Below, piece by piece: positions 14,146-28,289 of a DNA stretch of 64,000 bases. Position 1 is the first letter of the stretch, and each line of letters begins with the position of its first letter. The translations under genes were made by a program, and so were the position numbers. Under the pieces are notes generated by a model. The model saw only the letters and a list, made by a program, of their open reading frames with translations, did no database searches and was not told the DNA's origin. Location: positions 29,202,001-29,266,000 of the forward strand of contig OZ024759.1 of assembly GCA_964016885.1 (NCBI GenBank). Direction: 5' to 3'. Source of the stretch: Eledone cirrhosa. Taxonomy: Eukaryota.

Positions 14146-17100
14146 AATTAATGTTTTTGTTGTAAATATAGTTGTAAAGGACATGGTGAGGTGGAGGGAA
14201 TTTAGAAAGGTAGCAAAAGCTAGGGATATAATATATATATATATAGAGAGAGAGAGAGAGTGGGGGGGGGGGATTCAGAGAGTGATAGAAACAGAGAGAG
14301 TGGGGTGGGGTTGATTCAGAGAGAGAGAGAGAGAGAGAGAGAAATAAAGATACAAGTTTTATTTATGTATTTTTGAAATGGAGGTGGCAAGACATTCAGG
14401 TAATATCATCCGCTAGTTGTGTTTAATTTCGAAGTAGCTGATTGAACAATGTCAGCAGACATAGTAAATGTATTTACCTTGTCCCCTAAACACATCAAGT
14501 CAATTTGACATGCTCCGCAAACATAGTCATTACATCCTTAAACACACCGTGTCATAGTCTGTCCCCCAAATACATCGACTTAATAGGTCATGGTCCCCAA
14601 ACACACCGGATTAATTTGACATGGGCTCCAAACCCATTGGGTCAATTTGACAAATCTCCAAGCACATCGAGTCAATTTGCGCTGTCTTTCAAATATATCA
14701 AGTCAATCTGACATGTCCCCCACACCCACCGAATCAATTTGACATGGTCCCAAAATATGTTGAGGCAATTTGACGTGCCCCCTAAACAGAGTCGATCTGA
14801 CACGTCCCCCAAATATATCGCGTCAGTTTTGACAAGATCCCAAATACATTGACTCAATTTGACATGCCCCCAAACATTGTCAATTTGACATGCCCTCAAA
14901 CATATTCAGTCAATTTGACATGTCCCCTAAATATATCGAGTCAGTTTTGACGCGTCCCCAAATATATCGAGTCAGTTTTGACATGCCCCCAAAGCATAAC
15001 AAGTGTAACTGATATGGCACCCAAACATCTCAAGTCAGTTTGCCATGTCCCCAAACAAAGAACATGAATTGGGTATGTCCCCAAACACGTCAGGTTAATC
15101 AAACATGGTCCCCGAAACACACTAAGTCAATTTGACATGTCTTCAAATACACCAGGTCAATTTAACACGTATCCAAATACTTCAGATCAATTTGACACGT
15201 CCTCAAATACTCCAGGTCAATTTGACACGCCCATAAATACTTCAGGTCAATTTGACATGTCCCCCCGAAAACATAAGACCAGTTTGACATGTCCTGAAAC
15301 ATCATCGCATCAATTTGTTTGACACATCACATAATTTGACATGCCCCCAGCAGCAATACACCAATTTGACGTACAATACTTGTCAGTTTGAAATAGTCGT
15401 CGAACCTAACCTATATTGGATATAAACTGCTGATATCACATCTTCCAACACTCCCATGGATTTTTCTGAAAAAACAAACAGAAGCAGAGATAAAGCATGG
15501 CTACAGAAACTAGGGTAAATAAGGATGGTACATAGATAACTAGTATTGTACATATAGTACAATGTGGTACATGGTATTACAGACACACCACAGCAGGATA
15601 CATAGCAGTATTACAGACACCACAGAACAGGGTACATAGCAGTATTACAGACACGACAACAGGGTACATAGCTAGTGTTACAGACAAACTACAACAGGAT
15701 ACATAGCAGTATTACAGACGACACACCACAACAGGGTACATAGCTAGTGTTACAGACACACCACAACAGGGTGCATAGCTAGTGTTACAGACACACCACA
15801 ACAGGGTACATAGCTAGTGTTACAGACACACTACAACAGGGTACATAGCTAGTGTTACAGACACACTACAACAGGGTACATAGCAGTATTAAAGACACAA
15901 CAGGGTACATAGCAGTATTTCAGGCACACCACAATAGGGTACATAGCAGTATTACAGACACACCACAACAGGGTACATAGCAGTATTAAAGACACCACAA
16001 CAGGGTACATAGCAGTATTTCAGACGCCACAATAGGGTACATAGCAGTATTACAGACACACCACAACAGGGTACATAGCAGTATTACAGACACACCACAA
16101 CAGGGTACATAGCAGTATTTCAGACACACCACAATAGGGTACATAGCAGTATTACAGATACCAGGGTAGGGCACATAGCCAGTATTACAGACACACCACA
16201 ACAGGGTACATAGCAGTATAACAGCTGGGTACATCACCAGTATTTCAGCTGGGTACATCACCAGTATTACAGCTGGGTACATCGCCAGTAGTACAGCTGG
16301 GTACATCACCAGTATTACAGCTGGGTACATCACCAGTATTACAGCTGGGTACATCCCCAGTATTTCAGCTGGGTACATCACCAGTATTACAGCTGGGTAC
16401 ATCGCCAGTATTACAGCTGGGTACATCGCCAGTATTTCAGCTGGGTACATCGCCAGTATTTCAGGTGGGTACATCGCCAGTATTTCAGCTGGGTACATCG
16501 CCAGTATTACAGCTGGGTACATCACCAGTATTACAGCTGGGTACATCGCCAGTATTTCAGCTGGGTACATCGCCAGTATTTCAGGTGGGTACATCGCCAG
16601 TATTTCAGCTGGGTACATCGCCAGTATTACAGCTGGGTACATCGCCAGTAGTACAGCTGGGTACAGACACACCATTACAAGGTACACTAACCACAGGAGG
16701 ATGCAGTATGGGGTAAGACAAATAAAAACAAAAGCCATGGTGTTATTAATTTAAGGAAGTTGAGTGACCTCTAACAGTACACAACATAGAATACACTGAA
16801 GAAAGGATGAAAGGTAAAGTTGACCTCTGACCTCAACCCGAGTTCAACTCAAACCGCTACTACTACTAATACTACAAGCATTTCATGGTCAACTTCCCCC
16901 TTAAATCAGGGAGTTAGTCTTGCAGGGTTCATTACAATCTTTTCCCTGTTTATGGGGGTCCTTTTTCAGACAATGTTTTACAACACAAAGATATGATGCC
17001 CCTATTTCTAAATAGAGATACACACAGTATATATGTCTGTGTGTGCAGATGTGTGCATATATATACACAATAAACATATACACATCCAAATCAACTCTTT

Positions 17101-20100
17101 TTGCAGAGACATGATGTACCTATTTCTAAATGAGATACACAATCTGTGTCAAGAAGAAAGCCACAACATGGTTATTCAACTGTGCTAGAAATATTAACCA
17201 AATATTCCTTCAATTACACCCTACTTGACTACTCCTACCACCACCACTACAAGTATTTCAAGGTCAATAACTTCTATTAAATCAGGGAATTTAGCCTTGC
17301 AGACTATGACAAGCTTCATATTCATCATGGTGTCTTTTTTTAGGCAATATTTCACAGCTGAATGCCTTTCCTGGTGCCAAGCTTTCATGATACAGGGATG
17401 AAGTGTACCAAAGCAAGGATAGATTAGACATTGTAGTCCTTGGTATATCTAAGTCTGCAGGTTACATAATGACAAGTCACACCCACCTCCTGTATCTTCC
17501 CCTCCAGGGCTTATTAGTTGCTCCGTTCCCTACAAGAACCCTAATATATGGACATAACTGGATTAAAGTGTTACTGAGCCATTAACCTTACAACCCTAAC
17601 TATGTAGGTACCACAATAAGGTACAACGATCCTTGATGTAAGGAACAACAGTAACACTGCAGTCGACTGAATTACAGGAGTTACATCCCGTGTCTCCTGG
17701 ACAGAGAGCTTACTGCAATAAGAGTCCAAGCTTCCTCTCCAGGTGAAGATATACTCCTCATCCACTAACTAGCTACAGACACAACCGAAAAGTTAAACAA
17801 GGTTTATATTGTTACCATTATTATTTAATGGCAGTACAGGAATCAACTTCAATTGTATGGAGAACCTGGAAAACACACAAAAAAATAAAACAAAATTACA
17901 ATCCTTCATTAAATGAAGATTTTAAATAGTAAACAATCTATTTTTAGAACTGTTGAGTGATAGGAAGTTTGTAAATTTGGAAGAAGCATCAATGTTGTTT
18001 GACAATGAAAAACAGTCTTATATGTACGACATATAAACCCTAAAGACAGAAAAAAAATTGTACATCGAAGGTGAAGCATTCATTTTGCTTTATCTAATGG
18101 CTAGAATATATGCAGCATGCTACACCTGCAAAATTAAAGACTCATAGGTTTCTCAGCTAACGGAGCAGTTGTGCCAACCCATTATCGAATTAATAGTCGA
18201 TCATCTGCAAAGCCACTGGTGTTCACGACACCAAGGTCATCTAATTAAACTGATGATTGTCACATGAGCTACTGCTTCCTATGAGACTAGCAGGATTTTT
18301 ATCAAGGCACACTCCTCTAGATCCGACCTGTTCTGCTAGACTATTCTATGATAACCATACGAGAGACATCTCATGTACTAATGGTAACATGTAACCCAGT
18401 TACCATGCCAAACTTCTTTCAGACTAGTTTTCATAGTCAAACAATATTGATGCTTCTTTCAAATTAAACAAACTTTAAAATAGTAATTTGTCTAAATAAC
18501 AAATTATTTTTAATTTATGTACAAGGCCAGTAATTTGATGTGGCGGTGGGGGAAGTTGATTAAATTGACTCCAGTACTTTACTGGTACATGTTTTATCCA
18601 CCTCAAAAAGATGAAAGGCAAAGTCAAATTTATCAGGGTTTGAACTCAGAAAGTAAAGAGCCAGGACAAATATTGCTAAGCATTTGTCTGATGCTCTACT
18701 GACTCGGCCAATCCATCGCTCTGCTATTTCTAAGTTAGGCACAAGGCCAAACAACTTTTGGGCAGAGAGAGGATATACAATAAAGGGCTCCTTTCAGTTC
18801 TGATTGGTCATGGATTTGGTACACGTAACTGACTGACAATTGGCTTTATAACCATGATTGACTGGGCATAGGTTTGCCTTCCACAGGCACAAACCTGAAC
18901 AGAGTGTTTTATGAAAGACCAGGAGTCACCCATGTATATACTATATTTATACTTTATAAAGTTGCGACTTTACTGGTACCAAACTGTATCAGACATTGCC
19001 TTTCCTTTGAACAACATCACATATAGTGAATATATATATTGTATAGAATGCATCATATATATATATATATAAGGTATATATATGTTGTGATGTCTCTGGT
19101 GCCAAGCTGTATCAGACTTTACCTTTCCGTGGACAACACCAGTGGTGTGGAGACTGGTATACATTGGTGACTGCCGGTCTTTCACAAAACAAACCTTGCC
19201 CCAACTTTGTGCCTTGGAGGGGAACTTTCTAGGTGCAAAGCCCATGGTTATTTGTGACCAAAGAGGGTGTTTACCCTTTACCCTTAGTAGGCATGGGGGA
19301 TGAGGCAGAGCCCTAAAGCCTTAACAGGCCCTCTCAGATTGGTATGATCAATACTGTTGACCTTCTGCTTAAATTATTGCAAGTGAACTTATTTTGAACA
19401 GGAAGGGAATTCCAGAGGGCTGACATTCAGGGCAGAAAGGACTGGTTGTAGTGCCGGGCATAATAGTTAGTACATGGACAGGCAGGGTTGGACACAACAT
19501 ATATGGATGAGAGGAGGAGAGATGAGAGAGCTTGAGTTGAGCGGCTATGTCATGAGCAAGCTCTGTGGAGCAGGGGGCATTGTAATAGCATTAATGCATG
19601 TTGCTGTAGTGGTTAACAGAGTGCTTAACAGAAAGGAGATGGTATATGGAGTGAATTTCCAGTGAAGTAATTGTAGTAATCCAGAATGAAATGAAGAACT
19701 CAATGTTGAACACAGAGCAGAGTATGTTTCTATACTGACCCTAGAAGCAAGAAAGGCAAAGTCCATCTCAGCAAGATTTCAAAATGAGGGGGGAAAGGAC
19801 GGAACTAAAATACAGAGAAGAATTTTACCTGATGCTTTACCAATGTTGCAACCACCATAATTATTGTTTTATATATAAGCATAATGCCAGAACCAAGAGC
19901 TACACTCCACTGGCAACCAAAAGCCTACACTCCACTGGCAACCAAAAGCCTACACTCCACTCACAACTGAGAGCTATGCTCCACTTGCAACCAAGAGCTA
20001 CGCTCCACTTGCAACCGAGACCTACGCTCCACTTGCAACCGAGACCTACGCTCCACTTGCAACCGAGACCTACGCTCCACTTGCAACCGAGACCTACGCT

Positions 20101-23100
20101 CCACTCGCAACCGAGAGCTACGCTCCACTCGCAACCGAGAGCTACGCTCCACTCGCAACCGAGACCTACGCTCCACTCGCAACCGAGACCTACGCTCCAC
20201 TCGCAACCGAGACCTACGCTCCACTCGCAACCGAGAGCTACGCTCCACTCGCTACCGAGAGCTACACTCCACTCGCAACCGAGAGCCACGCTCCACTCGC
20301 AACCGAGAGCTACATTCCACTCGCAACCGAGAGCCACACTCCACTCGCAACCGAGAGCTACACTCCACTTGCAACCGAGAGCTACACTCTCTGTAAAGTA
20401 ACTGCAATTAGGAAGGGCATCCAGTTATAGAAGCCATGCCAAAACTGGAATGTACAAACAAAATATGGTCACCCAGCCTGTCCTGTGTGAGAATGTGATA
20501 ATCTGTCCAACCCATGCCAACATGGAAAACAGACATAAATTAGTAAGGATGATGATAATGATGGTGATAACCATGACATCAATCAACCAAAAGTATATTT
20601 CACTGTATGACAGAATGAACCCCACCTTTGTCATCATTAGATATATTTTAAGGGCAGTGGATTGGAAGTAATCAGTAGAGCGTCAGACAACAAGCTTCAC
20701 AGCATAGAGTTACGACCCTTTACGTTCTAAGTTTAAATTCCACTGAGGTTAAGCTTTGCCTTTCATCCATACAGGGTCAATAAAATAAAGTACCAGTAAC
20801 ATACTGGAGCCGATTTTATTGACTTTCCCCTCCTCCAAAATTGTTGGCCTTGTGCCTAAATCAGAAACCATTAAATATATTTTCACCTTATATGGGTATG
20901 ATAGTGATAATAATAATTGTTTCTACTTTTTGGCACAAGGCCAGCAATTACCCAGTGCATTACTGGTACTTTATTTTATCGACCTCGTAAGGATGAAAGG
21001 CAAAGTTAACCTCGGAGGGATTTGAACTGAGAACTTAAAGGGACATAACTATGTGCCAGGATGGTGATGATAATAATGGTTTCTGATTTGGGGGAGAGGA
21101 AAGTCAATTAAATCGACACCAGTGTGTTACTGGTACTTTATTCTATCGACCGTGTCAGGATGAAAGGTAAAGCTAACCTCGGCGGGATTTGAAATCAGAA
21201 TGTAAAGAATTAGAAAAAAATAATGTTAAGCATTAGCCCGGTGCTCTAACTCCACTAATCCACTGCCCTTACCAGATTAAATAACAATAATAATAATAAT
21301 AATTAATTAAAATGAGGTGTTAAGCTAAAAAAAAAAATTCAAATTAAAAAAATTAATTAATATTAAAGTAAAATATTAAAAAAAATATTATATATAATAA
21401 ACTCACCTGTAAATGATTTCAGCTTGCAAGTTCTTCAAAGCCAGGTAGAGGTATTTCATAACGAAACAGGTAGGCGGAGGGGTCAAATATTCACAGTGAA
21501 TATTAAGAACTGGTGCCATGAGAAAATGCACCCAGTTCACCCTGTAAAGTGGTAGTGGTTAGTGCCACAATAAAATGTACCCAGTATACTCTGTAAAGTA
21601 GTGGCTAGAACCACAATAAAATGTACCCAGTACACTCTGTAAAGTGGTAGTGGCTCGAGACAATAAAATGTACCCAGTACACTCTGTAAAGTAGTGGCTA
21701 GAACCACAATAAAATGCACCCAGTACACTCTGTAAAGTAGTGGATCGAGCCACAATAAAATGCACCCCTTACACTCTGTAAAGTGGTGTGGTTAGTGCCA
21801 CAATAAAATGCATCCAGTACACCCTGTAAAGTGGTTGGCATTAGGAACTACATCCAACCATAGAAACCATATCAAAATATGGAATATAGTCTAGATGTGG
21901 TTCTCCAACCTGCCTTGTTTTGAATCTTGGACGTGATGACCCATCCAACCCCTGCCAGCAGGGAAAGAGAATGTAAAACAGTGATGATGATGATGATGAT
22001 GATGGTGTTTGTGGACAGTAATGTTGGATGAGAAGAGAAGAGAGAAGTGAGATGGTGGTTGTTTTCACCACCATCACTCCATATATGAATTGATCATATA
22101 CCTAAAGGAGACCCCAATACAGACCTCCCTTAACCCTTTAGCATTTAAATCAGCCGTATCCGACCACAATTCTCTCACCTCTTTCTGTTAAAACTGGCTC
22201 TAACCAGCCACTCACAGTGATGTTAAAGTATTATTCTCAACATAAATAATATCAAAATTTCATAGATTCGATATTATGTGAGGTGAAGCCTTTACCATGA
22301 AAATACAATCTATATTATAAAGCTGACGGCCGCATGTATGGAACAAACTTTTCACCAAATGGCTGGACCAAAAAGCACCAAATTTGCACCATACATGTAA
22401 CTTTTTCCAAGTAAGAAAGTGAGGGAATTTTTGTCTTCTAAATTTCGTTAAAAGATTAAAGATATTTTATCGTTTATTTAAATATTCACTTCTTTAAAAT
22501 TTTCAAATGTCAACACTTCCGGTTATAAGACATTCCTCTCTCTTTCTTAGTCTGTCTTTTAGGATAGATACATAGCTATAACGTTGCACGCTTATAATAT
22601 CTGTCTGGCTGCCTGTCTGCATTGACTTCACTTCTAACCAACTTTTAATTAATTCAGTGCAAAGATGCCGCACGCCCTCTCAATAATTAATTATATATAT
22701 ATATAATTAGTAATAATAATAAATGTGAAGACTAAAATCCAAAGAGGGTTGATAAGGATAAATATATATCAAATATATAAGAACCCTAGAGCAAATATTG
22801 TTCTGATTGTTGACATATTATCTTCGCTTTTTTCCGTTCATTGTCAGGGAACGTCTTCACGAACCAAAGTATCGTCTTCCTGTTTTCCTTTGGCTGCAAC
22901 GTTTTTTAAAATATTTACTTCTGCGTTCACAGATTGATTTTTTTAGTTTCAGAAGATCCCGTTAAGGGTGAAAGCAGCGATCCTTCGCTTAAACTTTAAT
23001 CTGTTATTTTATTATATATATATATATAATTATATATTCGTGTACAGATATTTTTGCATACACAAAAACAAAATATAAACAAACGTATTTATTTCACGCA

Positions 23101-23647
23101 AGCACAGACGGCTTATCGTCATTGTTACTGCCGATATGCCACTCAAAAATTTCCATCCTGGCCTCAAGATCAGATTTTCCAGAAGAAAAAATGTTACTAG
23201 AGCAACAGAGAGACTAAGCTTCGCAATTACCATCAACAAAGCTCAGAGTCAAACACTAAAAGTGGCTGGCCTTCATCTGGGAAAACCATGCTTCTCCCAT
23301 GGTCAATTGTATGTAGGATGCTCTAGGGTGAGCTTGCCAAACAATCTCTTCATCTTTGCTCCCGAGGGCCAAACAAAAAATATTGTATACTCCGAGGCTC
23401 TAACAATGTAATTTATGTATTTTCTGTTACTTGGAATTTCCATTATGGTTGTACAAATTATTGTAAAGTTTGTTAAAAAATGTTCTCTGTTCAGCCTTTA
23501 TTGTTGTAACTATCAATTTTCTTTAACATACTGGCTGCTGAACTGGGAAATCCTAAAAACTATTCAAACCCAACATCAGACCAATCTTGCCTCAAGTGGG
23601 ACAATTCCCGTCTAAACCCATGCTAGTGTGGAAGATAGGCATTAAAC

Positions 23648-23683
<36 letters not shown>

Positions 23684-26417
23684 CTAACATAAACACAAGA
23701 CCTTAAATTGGAGGGTAGAAGTACAGGCAATTATATCAAACCCCAATATTTAGTTGGTATGTCATGTTATTACTGATACCATCTACTAGTCGCAACTCCT
23801 GGCAAAAAGAGCAACATGAAATAAAGTATCTTGTTCAAGGATATAACATCACCTAGTCCAGGAATCAAACTCAAAACCTCACAATTACAAATTCAATTCT
23901 CTAACCATTAAGCCTTTCACAATTTGAAAAGGAACCCTTTAAAATGGAGGGGCTTTATTTCATAGAACCAGAATTGGTTAGAGTCCAGAGAGTTGAGGAC
24001 ACATTACAAAGATAAGTAGAGAAGAGAGACAGCAGCAATAGTTAGTGGTGCTGGTGGTGGACAAGTGGAGGGGATGAAGAAGGCTGATTATGTGTGTGCT
24101 TGTGTGCAGGGAATGGGGGCGTACTGAAATCAATATTTTAAGTCTACATAATGCCTATTACCTGATTTGTCTTGCAAGAGAGACCAGACCACCAATTAGT
24201 TAAAACTTGTTAGTTTATTATCATCATTATTATATTATTATTATTGACATTATTATTATTATTATTATCATCATTATGCAGATGATTATGCTTTTATTTT
24301 CATTTATCTTTAAAACATTCCTATTTTTTGTGCTTTTGCGATAAAGAAAATATTATTATCCTTACGGGGGTCGATAAAATAAAGTACCAGTAATGCACTG
24401 GGTAATTGCTGGCCTTGTGCCAAAAAGTAGAAACAATTATTAGTATTAGCAGTAGTAGAAGCAGCAGCAGCAATAACCACACCTTAGTCAAGGAATGATC
24501 ATCACCATTATTATTATTATTAGGGCAGTGGATTGGCAGGACTGTTAAAGTAGCAGACAAAATACCATGTGATATTTGTTCTGGGTCTTAAACATTCTGA
24601 GTTCAAATCTCACCAAGGTCAACTTTGCCTTTCATCCTTCCAGGTGGGTCAATAAAATAAAGTACCAGTCTAATACTGGGGTCAATATAATCAACTTTTC
24701 CCTCCCACCAAATCACTGGCCTCGTGTGTATGGTAAAACCAATTATTGCTATCATTAAAGAAAAGAAAAGAAAAATGCCCTTTTGGTTTTGCTTCCCAGT
24801 GACACACACAACACACTGCCAGATCATCATCATCAACATACTCTTTTACATCTATTTCTCCATGCTAGCATGGGTTGGACAGGTCTTTTCCAACACAGCT
24901 TCCCTCCACTCTTTGCAGTCCTTCAATTTCCCTGACATCATTACATATGCTCCAAACTCCCTTTCTCCAGCTCCAACTTCTTCTTTAGCTAGCTAATTCG
25001 CTGATGCTGTCCCCACACCACAATGCCCAAAAGTATTGACTCTACATTTCTGTCTATATACCATGGTCCTGGTCGCTAGCTTCCTCAGCTGATGGTGATC
25101 AAACGATCAAACAAAAAAAATAAAGATTGAAGAGGACTCTCTTGCTTGGCCAAGTAGATGGTGGTTATAAGAAGAAAATATTTGGCCAAGACTCTCCAGC
25201 TTGGAGTGTGATCAATTAAAGATAATATAGGCCAGAGAAGGCACTTCAGCTGGAATGAGTGGATGGCAATTGAATGGAGACAGCTTGGGTGGTGATCTCA
25301 GGAAGAAAATATTTGGCAGAGAGGAGACTTCAGCTTGGACGGTGATCTAAGGAAGAAAATATTAGCCAGAGAGGAAACTCCAGCTTGGACGGTGATCTAA
25401 GGAAAAAAATATTAGCCAGAGAGGAAACTCCAGCTTGGACAGTGATCTAAGGAAAAAAATATTAGCCAGAGAGGAAACTCCAGCTTGGCCGGTGATCTAA
25501 GGAAGAAAATATTAGCCAGAGAAGAAACTCCAGCTTGGACGGTGATCTAAGGAAGAAAATATTAGCCAGAGAGGAAACTCCAGCTTGGACGGTGATCTAA
25601 GGAAACAAATATTAGCCAGAGAGGAAACTGCAGCTTGGACGGTGATCTAAGGAAGAAAATATCAACCAGAGAGGAAACTCCAGCTTAGATGATGGTCAAT
25701 CAGAGACAATATATGCTAGAGAGGAGACTTCAGCTGGAAAAAAATGGATGGTGATCGGAGACAATATAGGTCAGAGAGGAATCTCCAACTTGAAAGGTGA
25801 TCTAACGAAGAAAATATTTGGCAGAGAGGAGACTCCAGCTTGGATGGTGATCAATCGGAGATAATATAGGTCAGAGAGGATTCACAGCTTGGCAGAATGA
25901 ATAACAAACCTCTCCAGTACAGGTGCCACAATAAAAAGTATCTGTTGCCAATTTTACATTTATATATATTAAGAACAAAACTAGGTTTCACATTGAGGTT
26001 TTTATTGATTAGGCTCAGTTACAAACGTTTCATAGATGGGTGGCTCAAGATCCATATTAGTGTTACAGATCCAACTCCAGCTCTAATCTACTCATCAAAC
26101 TTGTTCGGTCTATGACACTGGCTCCTGAGTCACCCATCTGTGAAACGTTTGTAAATGAGCTTAATCAATACAAACCTCGTTTTGTTCTTAATGTATTACA
26201 CTCTGCTATAGCATAGAGTGCTAATATTGATACCTTCCTCAGTAAACCACAAAACTACTGAATCATCTAGTATATATATATGTATGAGGTGTTTAAAAGA
26301 AATTAGATATCATTTGGGATGTAAATATCCCAGAATCTTCAAAGTCTAGGTCAACAAAACTGAAATTATTTACAACTCAAATGATATCAAATATTTTTAA
26401 ACATTTTAAACACCCTG

Positions 26418-26452
<35 letters not shown>

Positions 26453-28214
26453 CATAGTATAATATAATGCTTGAAATTTTTATGGGTGTGAAATATGACA
26501 GAAAAAATGTGATGGTACTGCCTGTGGATGAGACAGATTTAATATTAAATGTTGTGTGTATGTACGTGTTTATATATTTATATATATAATATGGAACGCA
26601 TCCAAGCAACCTTACTACAAATATATATATATATTTGATTAAAGCAACAGTCAAGCCTCCAGTTGTTTTATTCAGATTAATATTTAACTCCATGTGAATG
26701 AGATGCATAATGGAGAGTGTTTTCCCTACTATTACATCATGATCAACTAAAAAGAATGACCAGTTCTATCCAGTAGTGAACCACAAAACATGTATGTGTG
26801 TGTGTGTGTGTGTGCGTGTGTATGTATGTATGTATGTATGTATGTATCTATCTATCTCCATGTGATATTGATGAATGTGAGAATTACTCAATATCAAAGT
26901 AGAGTTTAATAATTTTCTTGGATTAGTGATGAGACCTGTTACTCTGCCTAATGATCCTGACAATACAAAGGTGAAACTCCAGAGTAACAAGACTCTTCCT
27001 TAACCATAATATATATATATAGGAGACACACATCAAGGATATAAGTAAACCTGAAAAAAAGGAGCCTGAATAACAAACACAAAAAAGAAACCCTAGAGAA
27101 ACTGAAAAGGTATAACAGAAATTGAGAGATAGATGTGTGTGAGTGTGTGTGTATATATATATATACAAACACACACATTTATATATATACAGAGTCTCCC
27201 CCCCCCCCCCACACACACAAAAAATGTATCACACTTCAGGAATAGAAAAACCTGTATAAATATTCAACTTGTTTAACCATTCAGCATTTAAACCGGCCAT
27301 ATCCGGCCAGAACTCTCTCACCTCTTTCTGTTTAAACCGGCTGTAACTGGCCACTTATACTTATGTTAAGGTATTGTTCTCAAAATAGATAATATCAAAA
27401 TCTCGTAGAATTTAATATTAGGTGAGGTAAAGCCTTTACCGTGAAAATACAATAGTAAATATAGAGTAATGTAAACGCTAAAGGGTTAAATACCTCTTTC
27501 AAAAGTTAGATAACAAATTACGGTAACACTGTGTACTGTAGCAAATTAATATTAAAATAGTTACACAAATTTTTCTTTTCCTGAAGTGCGTAAACATTTT
27601 ATTGGCAGACTGTGTGTAAGTGTATATATATATGTATATATAATATGTAGATTCCTGAGATGTGTCAGGAGGTAAACACAGTTAAAAAAAGTACTCAATA
27701 CATAGGTAGAGTATCGACATATTTTATTTTATATAGTAATGACTTCTACAGGACTTTCCTGATGATTTCATATGAATGAAACAGTTCTAGTCCTGTAGAA
27801 GTTATTTCTATATAAAATAAAATATATCAAGTTTAATATAGAAATGACTTCTATAGAACTTTCCTGATAATTTCTTTTGAATGAAATAGTTCTAGTCCTG
27901 TAGAAGCCATTTCCTATATTAAACTCGATGTTTGCACTCTACTAATGTATTGAGTACCTTTACTAACTGTGGTATCCTCCGACTCACATAAGATTAAATA
28001 TACATATATTTGTATACACATACATATATATATATATATATACATACATACATATATACATACACACACACATATATATCTACATACACATATAAATATA
28101 TATGCATATACACACACACATATATATATGTATATATATGTATATGCTAGCATGGAAGATGGACGTTAAACGAAGATGATGATATATATGTGTGTGTGTG
28201 TATATATGTATATA

Positions 28215-28289
<75 letters not shown>

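Noticed and set aside
15986-16738. 250-aa ORF (MYPAEILA repeats)
   Set aside because: Translation of a 24-bp minisatellite; open only because the unit is a multiple of 3 with no stop.
19784-20401. 205-aa ORF (QPRATLHS repeats) and overlapping antisense ORFs
   Set aside because: 24-bp minisatellite open in several frames; no splice or homology support.
23136-23411. cellular PIF1 helicase gene
   Set aside because: Only the C-terminal motifs are present, with no other exons; typical Helitron remnant.
24162-24170. 9-nt micro-exon (aag|ACAAATCAG|gtaata) on the minus strand
   Set aside because: Weak AAG acceptor and no homology; expected by chance.
25331-25680. CRISPR-like regular repeats
   Set aside because: Contiguous 50-bp units with no unique spacers; eukaryotic context, no cas genes.
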